Source: an uncultured Actinomycetes bacterium
GTDB lineage: Bacteria > Actinomycetota > Actinomycetes > S36-B12 > CAIYMF01
Direction: 5' to 3'
DNA: 32,000 nucleotides
NCBI GenBank assembly: GCA_963843975.1
Contig: CAWJMG010000003.1
Coordinates: 360,001-392,000, forward strand
Shown: positions 10,811 to 20,534 of the stretch, in pieces
How positions within the stretch are numbered: the stretch's first letter is position 1
Layout: each line of letters opens with the position of its first letter
Made by a program: the position numbers and the translations under genes
The notes under the pieces: model-generated
Database searches by the model: none
The model's input: only the letters and a program-made list of their open reading frames with translations
What the model was told of the DNA's origin: nothing

Positions 10811-11578
10811 TCAGACGGCGTCGTCGGTCTTGCGCCGGGCGCGGTCGAGAGCCTCGAGGCGATCCATCCGGGTGGCCTCCTGCAGCGTGGGCGCCGTGCC
10901 GCCGAGGCGGGCGGGCAGCCACCAGGTGTCGTCAGGCCCTGACGGCTTCTGCGGGTAGCGCGCGATGGCGTCCTCGAGCATGTCGCGCATCACCTCGTGC
11001 AGGTGCGCGCCGACCGCGTCGAGGTCGGATCCCTGGGGCACCGCGATGGGCTCGCCCACGATGATCGAGACGGCCTTGCCGCGGGAGAAGTCGCGAGGAC
11101 GCCCCTTGGTCATGAGCCGCTGCGTGCCCCACAGCACGGTCGGGATGAGAGGCACGCCTGCGTCCATCGCAAGGCGAGCGGCGCCGCTCTTGAACTCCTT
11201 GATCTCGAACGACCGCGAGATCGTGGCCTCCGGGAAGATGCCGACGATCTCGCCCTTCTTGGCCGCCTCGAGCGCGACGCGGAACGACTCCGCGCCGGCA
11301 GTGCGGTCGACCGGGATGTGCTTCATCCCGCGCATGAGCGGGCCGGCGACCGGGTTCTTCCAGATGGAGTCCTTGGCCATGAAGCGCACGTAGCGGCCTG
11401 CCGGGTTCGCGCCGAGGCCGGCGAAGATGAAGTCCATGTAGCCGATGTGGTTGCTCGCGAGGACGCCGCCGCCGGTGCGTGGGACGTTCTCCGTGCCGCG
11501 CACGTCGATGATGAGCCCCAAGCCCTTGAACATCGTCTTCGCCGTCAGCACGACGGGGGCGTACACCGGTTCGACCAT
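10811..11578 (-). CDS. 1-acyl-sn-glycerol-3-phosphate (lysophospholipid) acyltransferase, PlsC family
   Basis: The 255-aa ORF has the HX4D motif NHIGYMD, the FPEATISR motif and PLIPTV. Confidence 0.9.
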   Translation of the reverse strand: MVEPVYAPVVLTAKTMFKGLGLIIDVRGTENVPRTGGGVLASNHIGYMDFIFAGLGANPAGRYVRFMAKDSIWKNPVAGPLMRGMKHIPVDRTAGAESFRVALEAAKKGEIVGIFPEATISRSFEIKEFKSGAARLAMDAGVPLIPTVLWGTQRLMTKGRPRDFSRGKAVSIIVGEPIAVPQGSDLDAVGAHLHEVMRDMLEDAIARYPQKPSGPDDTWWLPARLGGTAPTLQEATRMDRLEALDRARRKTDDAV

Positions 11579-11584
11579 GCCGTG

Positions 11585-11594
11585 ACACTACCCT
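11585..11594. promoter_or_regulatory. overlapping back-to-back -10 (TANNNT) hexamers for two divergent leaderless genes
   Basis: The intergenic gap is only 22 nt. TACCCT (11589-11594, + strand) ends 6 nt before the ATG at 11601. TAGTGT (11590-11585, - strand) ends 6 nt before the ATG at 11578. Confidence 0.35.
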
Positions 11595-11600
11595 CGGCCC

Positions 11601-12110
11601 ATGGCCGACGACCTGCACGTCACGGTGTTCGCGGACGACTCACGGATCGAGGCGCTGGCGGCGTACACCGACAGCATCGAGGAGCTGGTGGCCGTCTTCG
11701 CCGACGCCAACACCGGGGACGGCGAGCTGCTCGACCGGCGGCCCGCGCCCGATGCCTGGTCGGTGGGCGAGGTGCTGCACCATCTCGCCGACGCCGAGAC
11801 CCATCAGACCGTCCGGCTGCGCAGCATGCTGGTCGAGGACCGGCCCGTGTGGCCGGCGTGGGACGAGGAGGCGTACGCCGCGGGCCTCGGCTACGACGTG
11901 CGCCCGGCCGCCGACGCGCTGACGCTGATCCTGTCGCTGCGCCACGTGAACTCGCGGCTGCTCGCGTCGCTGTCGCCCGATCAGTGGGCGCGCACCGCGG
12001 TGCACCCGACCGACGGCGAGGTCGATGTCGCCGGATGGGTGACGATCGCGAGCGACCACCTCAAGGCGCACGTGCTCCAGGCACGACGCGCCGTCGTGGG
12101 AATGATCTAG
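11601..12110 (+). CDS. DinB-family (DinB_2) metal-dependent protein
   Basis: The 169-aa ORF shows a four-helix-bundle His pattern: WSVGEVLHHLADAE ... ASDHLKAH. Confidence 0.8.
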   Translation: MADDLHVTVFADDSRIEALAAYTDSIEELVAVFADANTGDGELLDRRPAPDAWSVGEVLHHLADAETHQTVRLRSMLVEDRPVWPAWDEEAYAAGLGYDVRPAADALTLILSLRHVNSRLLASLSPDQWARTAVHPTDGEVDVAGWVTIASDHLKAHVLQARRAVVGMI

Positions 12111-12150
12111 CCGGCGTGCTCGTCGCACAGTCGTCTGGAAAGGTGGAGCC

Positions 12151-12423
12151 ATGCAGCAGGACGAGGCGGAGAAGGTCGTGGCAGCGCTGACCGAGAGGCG
12201 GCTGTTCGCGCACCTCTACCGGGGCGGGGTCAACAGGTTCGGCGTGCGCGTCGTGCTGTCGGACGGCCGCGAGGCCCTCTGGGACGTCGACGGCGCCGCA
12301 GGTCTCGAGGCTCAGGTCATGGCCAACGGGGTGCTCGTCGGCTTCGTGCCGAAGATCCCCGGCTCGGAGTCGTACACGATGGAGCAGACCGTCGAGGCCA
12401 TCGCCTCGGCGACGTACCAGTAG
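12151..12423 (+). CDS. hypothetical protein (90 aa)
   Basis: The ORF is clean, has high GC3 and a non-repetitive composition (MQQDEAEKVVAALTERRLFAHLYRGG...). I recognise no family. Confidence 0.55.
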   Translation: MQQDEAEKVVAALTERRLFAHLYRGGVNRFGVRVVLSDGREALWDVDGAAGLEAQVMANGVLVGFVPKIPGSESYTMEQTVEAIASATYQ

Positions 12424-12518
12424 GGCGTTCCTCCACAGACGCGGCGAGAGCCGCGTCGTCCACAGCCATCGCGGCCCGGTCGTCGTCGCGTGGGGGTGGC
12501 GCGCTCGACGGTGGCGCC

Positions 12519-13673
12519 ATGACCCGACACCCCGACCATCCCCGTCCGCGCTGGTCCTCCAGCCTCGAGCCCGACCTCGAGGCACCCGGCCTCGTGGCGC
12601 GCGGGCCCGAGTGCCTGCCGCTCGTCGTGCCGCACCTGGTGGGCTTCGTCCCGGAGCACTCGTTCGTCGTGCTCGGCCTCGAGCCCGGCAGCAACCGCTC
12701 CCTCGTCACGATGCGCTTCGACATCCCGACGCCCGACCTCACGGACGACGAGCTCCTGACCGTGCTCGACGTGTGGGAGACGTCGTTCGATGCGGTGGCG
12801 CGGGCAGGAGCCGAAGCGGTGACGGTGGTCGTCTACCCGGCCTGCGCCGGTGCCGACTGGTCCAGCGAGATCGGTCACGACCTGCCGTACGCCGATCTCG
12901 CCGACCTGCTCGACCACATGCTGACGACGCGGGGCTTCGAGGTGCGCGAGGTGGCGTGCGTGGTCGCCGACCGCGTCCGCTCCTACCTGTGCGAGAACCT
13001 CGAGTGCTGCCCCGAGGAAGGCCTGCGCCTCGACCCTTCCGAGGCGCTGCGTATCCAGGCGACGCTGGTCGAGCGCGGTTCCGCGCCGATGAGCAGCAGG
13101 CAGGCCCTCGTGGCGGTGCTGGAACCGCGCCGTGACGACGACCCTGTGCTCGCCGCGGTGGCGCACGCCCGCCCGGGAGCGATGGCCCGTCAGTCGCCCG
13201 ACGTCGTGGAGAGAGTCGAGACGTTCCTGTACGCCGTTGCGCACTGGGGGCGCAATCGAGACGCGGCTGCGAAGCAGTTCAACCGGCTGGCTGCGACGGC
13301 TGGCCTGCTCGTGGTGGAGATCCCTCCGCGCGACCTCCTGCTGCGCGAGCTCGCGGTCGAGTGCGACCGGCCAGTCCTGGACGCGGCCAGGACCGTGCTG
13401 ACCGAGGCGGTGCGATGCGCCCGGGAAGGCGAGGTGGCGCCCCTCGCGTCCGTGCTCGCGGTGTGCGCCTGGCTCCACGGCGACGGCGCCGCGGCCAGGG
13501 TGGCTCTCGACCGGGCGCTCGACGCCGACCCGTCGTACTCGCTCGCCCACCTCGTGTCGGCGGCGCTCGACAACGGGATCCCGCCGTGGTCGTGGCGGGA
13601 GTCGATGCGCGGCCTCACCGCCGAGGCGATCCTCGGCGCCGGCCCACCCGGCCAGGCGCGTTCGCCGGCGTGA
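12519..13673 (+). CDS. DUF4192-like protein
   Basis: The 384-aa ORF has the N-terminal pattern LPLVVPHLVGFVPEHSFVVLGLEP, typical of DUF4192 proteins. These are often found near principal sigma-factor genes in actinobacteria. Confidence 0.7.
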   Translation: MTRHPDHPRPRWSSSLEPDLEAPGLVARGPECLPLVVPHLVGFVPEHSFVVLGLEPGSNRSLVTMRFDIPTPDLTDDELLTVLDVWETSFDAVARAGAEAVTVVVYPACAGADWSSEIGHDLPYADLADLLDHMLTTRGFEVREVACVVADRVRSYLCENLECCPEEGLRLDPSEALRIQATLVERGSAPMSSRQALVAVLEPRRDDDPVLAAVAHARPGAMARQSPDVVERVETFLYAVAHWGRNRDAAAKQFNRLAATAGLLVVEIPPRDLLLRELAVECDRPVLDAARTVLTEAVRCAREGEVAPLASVLAVCAWLHGDGAAARVALDRALDADPSYSLAHLVSAALDNGIPPWSWRESMRGLTAEAILGAGPPGQARSPA

Positions 13674-14763
13674 TCTCGCCGAACGGAGCCACGGACGGTC
13701 CGGGGGTCGGCATCGCCGGTGCCGAGCCCGAGGCCTCGACCGAGTCGATCCAGGCGTCGACCTCCTCCCAGCGGTCGAACAGCCACGTCGACAGGTCGGC
13801 CACCGAGGTGGGCACCTCGGCGGCACGGTGCACCTGCCAGCCGACGTACAAGGTCTTGTCGGTCGGGATCTCGCGCCAGATCGTGCGCAGGTCGGTGAGC
13901 CGGTCGAGGCCGGTGTGCGCGACGACCACGACGTCCGCGTCCGGCTGGGCCAGCAGCACCTGGCGCACGCCGCCCGGCCGTGGGGCGAGGACGTGCTGCA
14001 GGCGCTCGGCCCGGTCGGCCGCCTCGTGGTGGCCCGAGTCGCGCAGCCGGTCGATCCGGCTCGTGCGGCGTCCTTCGGTGAAGTTGCCGCCCTCGGGGAA
14101 GATCAGCAGGGCGTCGTCCGGGCCCATGCCGCCGGCGAGCTGGGCGATGGCGCGGGTCGTCGCCTCGGGGTCGGACGGGTTCGGGTCGATGAAGGCGACG
14201 GGCAGCCGGTTGAGCAGGACGTCGATCACCGGGTCGACCTGCAGCGTGTCCTTGAGGACGATGCGCGGCCGACGTCCCGTCCAGCTGAGGATCTCGCGCA
14301 CGAGCAGGAACGAGTCGCCCAGTCCGGCGTGACGCGACAGCACGAGGCGGGGGCGGTCGTCGCGGACGCCGTCGCCGTCGAGGTCGTCCATGTCCATCGA
14401 GCCGGCGCGCTCGACGGTCAGCGCGAAGAAGCGGCGACCGAACACGAAGAGCGTCTCGAGCAGGCCGCGCAGCAGGCCGTAGTGCAGGCGCACGAAGAAG
14501 GGGCTGCGCTGCTTCCAGCCGAACCCGCTCGCCACCCAGGTCAGGAACAGCACCGTGAGCCCTACGACCTCCATCGCGAGGTAGACGATCGCGAAGCCGA
14601 CGACACGCAGCGGCTTGAACCACGGCGGGAGGGCGAAGGACACGAGCACCAGCACCAGGAGGATCACGGGGATCGTGCCGAGGATCAGCCAGACCCCGAT
14701 GACCCAGACCAGCGGTGCCACGACGAGGCGGCGGACCCAGTACGGCGGAAGCCAGAGGTTCAC
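13615..14763 (-). CDS. membrane-anchored lysophospholipid acyltransferase-family protein
   Basis: The 382-aa ORF has N-terminal TM helices, the HX4D motif SRHAGLGDS and the IFPEGGNF motif. It starts 12 nt after the patatin stop. Its 3' end overlaps the convergent DUF4192 gene by 59 nt. Confidence 0.8.
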   Translation of the reverse strand: MNLWLPPYWVRRLVVAPLVWVIGVWLILGTIPVILLVLVLVSFALPPWFKPLRVVGFAIVYLAMEVVGLTVLFLTWVASGFGWKQRSPFFVRLHYGLLRGLLETLFVFGRRFFALTVERAGSMDMDDLDGDGVRDDRPRLVLSRHAGLGDSFLLVREILSWTGRRPRIVLKDTLQVDPVIDVLLNRLPVAFIDPNPSDPEATTRAIAQLAGGMGPDDALLIFPEGGNFTEGRRTSRIDRLRDSGHHEAADRAERLQHVLAPRPGGVRQVLLAQPDADVVVVAHTGLDRLTDLRTIWREIPTDKTLYVGWQVHRAAEVPTSVADLSTWLFDRWEEVDAWIDSVEASGSAPAMPTPGPSVAPFGEITPANAPGRVGRRRGSPRR

Positions 14764-14775
14764 GGCAGGTCCCTG

Positions 14776-15648
14776 TCAGCCGGTGATGCCGCGGTCGGCG
14801 AGGTAGGTCGCGCTGGCGTTGCGGGCCAGCGCGATCCGCTGCGGGATCTTCGAGGTGTCGCGGTAGCCGAGGGTGGCGCGCTCGTTGTAGCGCGGCGCCG
14901 TCCCGCCCGTCGGCAGCACGTGCACCTCGAGCTCGGACTGCGCCCGCGCGAGCGCCGCGGTGAAGCGCGCGCGCCGCGCGACCTCGAAGGCCACGAGGCC
15001 GACCTCGAGGGGATTGGTCGCCGGGGCGAGGGGCTGCTCGATCCGGCCGACCTGCAGCACGAAGACCCGCTCGGCACCGGACTTGCGCGCGCGGTCGAGG
15101 GGGATGGAGTTGACGATCCCGCCGTCGATGAAGTGCTCGCCGTCGATCTCGTACGCCGGGAAGAGGCCGGGCACGGCCGACGACGCCAGCACGGCCGGGA
15201 CGATCGGGCCCGAGGTGAACCAGTGCTCGGCCGCCCGCTCGACCGAGGCCGCGCAGCACATGAACGGCACCTGCAGGTCCTCGATGAGCTCGACGGTGAG
15301 GTGCCGCTCGACGAGCTCGTGCAGCGCCTCCGGCCCGTAGAGCGCGGTGCGCGTGCGCAGGGCCGTCCGCGTCACGGTCTGAGCGCGCTCGAGCCACGAG
15401 CCCGAGAACGGCCCTTCGTCGGCGTCGGACCACAGCGCCTCGAGGCGGGCGAGCCCGGCCTCGGACGGGTCGTCGGCGATGAGCGCGCCGTTGGCCGCGC
15501 CGATCGAGGTGCCGATCACCAGGTCGGGGACGACACCGGCCTCGAGCAGTGCGCGCAGCATGCCGACCTCGGCCGCACCGAGCAGCCCGCCGCCACCGAG
15601 GACGAAGGCCGTGCGGGGCCGCCGCAGGTCGCTCGGCTCGGAGGTCAC
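14776..15648 (-). CDS. patatin-like phospholipase (start uncertain: GTG 15648 or ATG 15768)
   Basis: It has the glycine-rich oxyanion loop VLGGGGLLGAAEVG, the nucleophile elbow GTSIG and the catalytic Asp context IDGGIVN. Confidence 0.85.
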   Translation of the reverse strand: MTSEPSDLRRPRTAFVLGGGGLLGAAEVGMLRALLEAGVVPDLVIGTSIGAANGALIADDPSEAGLARLEALWSDADEGPFSGSWLERAQTVTRTALRTRTALYGPEALHELVERHLTVELIEDLQVPFMCCAASVERAAEHWFTSGPIVPAVLASSAVPGLFPAYEIDGEHFIDGGIVNSIPLDRARKSGAERVFVLQVGRIEQPLAPATNPLEVGLVAFEVARRARFTAALARAQSELEVHVLPTGGTAPRYNERATLGYRDTSKIPQRIALARNASATYLADRGITG

Positions 15649-15784
15649 CTCGGCATCGTGGCACGACGGTGCGGCTGGTGCCGGTGTGACGCGGGTGCCG
15701 GTCGTGACGCAGGTGGGGGAGGTTCCTCCACAGGCGCTCACGACGGGTGGCACGAGGCAGCCCGACATCCCTACCGTCGACGAC

Positions 15785-16660
15785 GTGCGCTCCCCGTCAC
15801 CGGCCTCGGCAGGACGCCGTCGCCGTCACCCCCACGTCCTCGCGGCCCTCGCACTCGCCGCCCTCACCTCGACCCTCGGCACCACCCTCGTCGCCACCGC
15901 GGCGCCGCCGGCGTACGCAGACCCGGTCGTCGTCGGCGACGACGCAGCCGACATCTACACCGGCACCGGCGGTGTGGTGATCCCGTCGCGCGACTGGCGC
16001 GGCGACGAGTCCGGCCGCTCCGAGGCCGCAGGCTGCGATGACTGCACCTGGCACATCACGTCGTTCTGCACGCGCGCCGACTTCGACCTCGGCAGCTGCG
16101 ACGCCAGCCACCTCGACTGCCCCGCCGGCCTCGTGCGGGTGCGCGTCTGGCTCGAGAGGCCGGGGGAGCCGAAGCGGCTCGTCGGCGGTGCCTGCGTCGG
16201 CGGGTCGCCGCCGGCCACGCGGACGCAGATCGGCGCCGCGGTCCGCGACTCCGCCGAGCAGGCCCTCCCGCCGCTGCGGGTGGGCGTGCAACCCGCAAAC
16301 GGCGTGCTCGTGGGCGTGCCCGCCGTCTTCCGAGCCGGTCAGCCGGCCGCGGGCATCGTCGGGGCCGACCTGACCGTGCTCGGCTTCGACGTGCGCCTCG
16401 ATGCCCGCCCGCGCTGGTGGTGGGCCTGGGGCGACGGCACCGGCGCGTGGTCGTCGTCGCCGGGCGGCCGCTGGCCGGACACGTCGGTGGCCCACACCTA
16501 CCGCAGCCTCGGTGAGGCGACGGCGCGGGTCACGTCGGTGTGGCGGGGCGAGTACGTCGTCGACGGCCTCGGGCCCTACCCGGTGCCCGGCGACCCGCTG
16601 ACGCAGGAGTCGACCCTCACGGTCCAGGTCCGCGAGGCGCGGGCGCTGCTCGTCGGCTGA
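15785..16660 (+). CDS. secreted hypothetical protein, Cys-rich N-domain plus PKD-like C-terminal segment
   Basis: The ORF 15479..16660 was trimmed to the GTG at 15785. The signal-like N-terminus is RRRRHPHVLAALALAALTSTLGTTLVATAAPPAYA/DP. Eight Cys residues follow (CDDCTWHITSFC...SCDASHLDC...GGAC), and then WGDGTGAWSS...VAHTYRSLGEATARVTSVW, which resembles a PKD repeat. Confidence 0.6.
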   Translation: MRSPSPASAGRRRRHPHVLAALALAALTSTLGTTLVATAAPPAYADPVVVGDDAADIYTGTGGVVIPSRDWRGDESGRSEAAGCDDCTWHITSFCTRADFDLGSCDASHLDCPAGLVRVRVWLERPGEPKRLVGGACVGGSPPATRTQIGAAVRDSAEQALPPLRVGVQPANGVLVGVPAVFRAGQPAAGIVGADLTVLGFDVRLDARPRWWWAWGDGTGAWSSSPGGRWPDTSVAHTYRSLGEATARVTSVWRGEYVVDGLGPYPVPGDPLTQESTLTVQVREARALLVG

Positions 16661-16673
16661 GCGTCGTACGGCG

Positions 16674-17522
16674 TCAGCGCGGGACGGCGGCCACGGCGCC
16701 GACCAGCGGCCCGCGCGCTGCCACCGCGCCGAGCTCGAGCGCGAGGTCGAGGTCGGCCTGGGTCGCGACGCCGACAGCGAGCACCGACGCGCCTACCTCA
16801 CGGGCGGCGTCGAGCATCCGGCGAGATCCCGCGTCGTCGCGGTGCGGTCTGCCGAGGTCGACCTGCACGTACGCCGGGCGCAGCGAGCCGAGCATCGACT
16901 CGGCCGTGGCCGCGGCCGCCGTGCCGGACACGTCCGCCACGACGAGGTGCCAGCCCCAGCCCACCATCTCCTCGGCCGCGGCCCGCAGGCGCTCGCGGTC
17001 GGCGAAGGAGTCCTCGTGCAGCTCGGCGAAGACGTTGAGGGCGCGGCGTCCGCGCAGCCACGCGACGGCGAGGCGGGGCGGGCAGGCGCCCCCGAAGGTC
17101 TCGGGCTCCGGGGTCAGGTGCAGCTCGCCGGTGAGACCGGAGTCCATCGCGACGTCGAACGCGTGGCAGCGGAAGGCCCAGTCGAGGCGCTCGACGAGGC
17201 CGAGGCTCGAGGCCTGCTCGAGCAGGCTCAGCGTGTCGGCCACCTCGGTGCCGGCCGCGCCCCGACCGACTGCCTTCCAGCCCACGAGGGTGCCGGTCGA
17301 GGGAGTCGGGCCGTCGAGACGACGGATGGGGGAGAAGTCGGGGCCGAGCCGCGACGGCTCGGCGATGAGCTGCTCGACCTGCTCGCGGACGCGGCGGTTG
17401 CGGTCGAGGCCAGCAGACAGGACCTCGGACGGGCGCTGCCGGGCGGAGCCGGACGTCGGCAGCGGCGGCGTTCCGCGGCCGGGCAGGCCGGAGGGCGTCC
17501 GCGCAGGCGGCGTCAGTGTCAC
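16674..17522 (-). CDS. degenerate EAL-domain-like protein
   Basis: The 282-aa ORF has blocks collinear with EAL domains. FSPI corresponds to FQPI. VGWKAVGRG is in place of EALxR. VFAELHE corresponds to lEitE. VVADVSGT is in place of DDFGtG. VQVD is in place of KiD. LAVGVA is in place of AEGVE. ARG is in place of QG. Confidence 0.55.
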   Translation of the reverse strand: MTLTPPARTPSGLPGRGTPPLPTSGSARQRPSEVLSAGLDRNRRVREQVEQLIAEPSRLGPDFSPIRRLDGPTPSTGTLVGWKAVGRGAAGTEVADTLSLLEQASSLGLVERLDWAFRCHAFDVAMDSGLTGELHLTPEPETFGGACPPRLAVAWLRGRRALNVFAELHEDSFADRERLRAAAEEMVGWGWHLVVADVSGTAAAATAESMLGSLRPAYVQVDLGRPHRDDAGSRRMLDAAREVGASVLAVGVATQADLDLALELGAVAARGPLVGAVAAVPR

Positions 17523-17648
17523 AGTGAAGTCGTCGGCACGATCGGCGCCGTCTTGAGCGCATCACGGGGCACGGAGCGGTACGTTCCGGCTGCAGGCGGC
17601 AACGGCGCCGCCGACGCGTCCTCGGACGCGTGCGCCAAGGAGGAACGC

Positions 17649-18059
17649 ATGGGTGGCATCGGGAGCCCGATCGTCGTCGGGTACGTCGAGACGCCGGAGG
17701 GCAAGGCGGCGCTCGATCGCGCCGTGATCGAGGCCCAGCAGCGCGGCGCGACCCTGGTCGTCATCAACTCCCAGAAGGGCGGCTGGAGCCTCAGCCCCGA
17801 GCACGCCGTCGAGGTCGACGACGAGATGAACGCTCTGCACGCGCGCCTGCACGAGATCGGCGTCGCGCACGAGGTGCGCCAGCTCGTGCGCGGCAGCGAC
17901 CCGGCCGACGACCTCATCGCCGTGGCGGACGAGGTCGACGCCGACCTCATCGTCATCGGCCTGCGTCGCCGCACGCCCGTCGGCAAGCTCATCCTCGGCA
18001 GCAACAGCCAGACGATCCTGCTCGACGCCAGCTGCCCCGTCCTGGCCGTCAAGGCCTGA
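17649..18059 (+). CDS. universal stress protein (UspA family)
   Basis: The ATG at 17649 is preceded by AAGGAGG. The 136-aa product ends with the typical DLIVIGLRRRTPVGKLILGSNSQTILLDASCPVLAVK. Confidence 0.9.
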   Translation: MGGIGSPIVVGYVETPEGKAALDRAVIEAQQRGATLVVINSQKGGWSLSPEHAVEVDDEMNALHARLHEIGVAHEVRQLVRGSDPADDLIAVADEVDADLIVIGLRRRTPVGKLILGSNSQTILLDASCPVLAVKA

Positions 18060-18152
18060 GGCACCGCGCCGCGCCGACCGCGCGCGTCTCGCGCGTCACA
18101 CGGCACGCTCGCGGGACGGCCGCCGCCCGCGCGGGCGACGTACCGTGGTCAC

Positions 18153-18743
18153 GTGACGACTGCAGCCCCCGCCTCGCTCCGGCTCTGCTTCGACGACCGC
18201 GGAGACGCTCTGCTCGCCCGTGACTCCTTCGCGCTGGTGACGGGGATGCTGCTCGACCAGCAGATGCCGATGGAGCGGGCCTTCCTCGGCCCCTGGAAGC
18301 TCGCCGAGCGGATGGGCACCACCGACCGCCTCGACGTCGCCCGCATCGCGGCCTACGACCCCGAGGAGTTCGCGGCGCTCGTCGCCACCCCGCCGGCGGT
18401 GCACCGGTTCCCCGGCTCGATGGCCGGCCGGATCCAGGGCCTCGCGAAGCACGTGGTGGTCGAGTACGCCGGCGACACGGCCGCGATCTGGCGCTCGGTG
18501 CCCTCGGGCGACGCGCTCTACCACCGCCTCCTGGACCTCCCCGGGTACGGGGACCAGAAGGCGCGCATCCTCGTCGCGCTCCTCGGCAAGCAGCTCGGGG
18601 TGCGGCCCCGCGGCTGGCGCCAGGCCGCAGGCGCGTACGGCGACGCAGGGTCGACCCGCTCGGTCGCCGACGTGACCGATGCCGCCAGCCTCGCTGCGGT
18701 CCGCTCGTTCAAGCAGGCCGCCAAGGCCGCCGCGTCCGGCTGA
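18153..18743 (+). CDS. HhH-GPD-type base-excision DNA repair family protein
   Basis: The 196-aa ORF has LVTGMLLDQQMPMERAF...LLDLPGYGDQKARILVALLGKQLG, a helix-hairpin-helix segment. This matches the actinobacterial HhH-GPD-type family. Confidence 0.7.
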   Translation: MTTAAPASLRLCFDDRGDALLARDSFALVTGMLLDQQMPMERAFLGPWKLAERMGTTDRLDVARIAAYDPEEFAALVATPPAVHRFPGSMAGRIQGLAKHVVVEYAGDTAAIWRSVPSGDALYHRLLDLPGYGDQKARILVALLGKQLGVRPRGWRQAAGAYGDAGSTRSVADVTDAASLAAVRSFKQAAKAAASG

Positions 18744-18950
18744 GCCGTCGCGGATCCGGTGGTCGGACGCCGGGGAACGCCCGGCCGCCGTCGGCTCGTC
18801 GTACCTGCGCGGCGCCCCGCACCCCGCCGGTCAGGGGGAATGCCGGGGACGTGTCACAATGTTCACCGGACGCCCCTTGCGCTCCGCCTCACCTCGCACG
18901 CCCCGGTGACCCCGGGGAGCGTGCCCGCCCGCCCGACGAGAGGTTTGTTC

Positions 18951-20420
<1,470 letters not shown>

Positions 20421-20534
20421 CGTCGGATCCGCCAGTGCGGGAGGCCGGACACCCTGACGGGTCCGGATCGGCCGGCGCCCGGTACCGAGTAGCGGTCAGA
20501 GCAGGCGTCCCGCCGGACCGGCATCGTCGTCGGG

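Noticed and set aside
13190-16041. 824-aa (minus) and 737-aa (plus) ORFs spanning several genes
   Set aside because: They are Arg/Pro/Gly-rich low-complexity translations that cut across well-supported genes (DUF4192, acyltransferase, patatin). They are GC-bias artefacts.
18852-18860. Possible extended -10 promoter TGTCACAAT about 90 nt upstream of the sigma-factor start
   Set aside because: There is no convincing -35 element and only 4 of 6 positions match the -10 consensus. This cannot be supported without TSS data.
20421-20534. Possible terminator between the convergent sigma-factor and membrane-protein genes
   Set aside because: Only weak 5-6-bp stems can be formed (ccggac/gtccgg, cggtc/gaccg). 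None is convincing enough to call.
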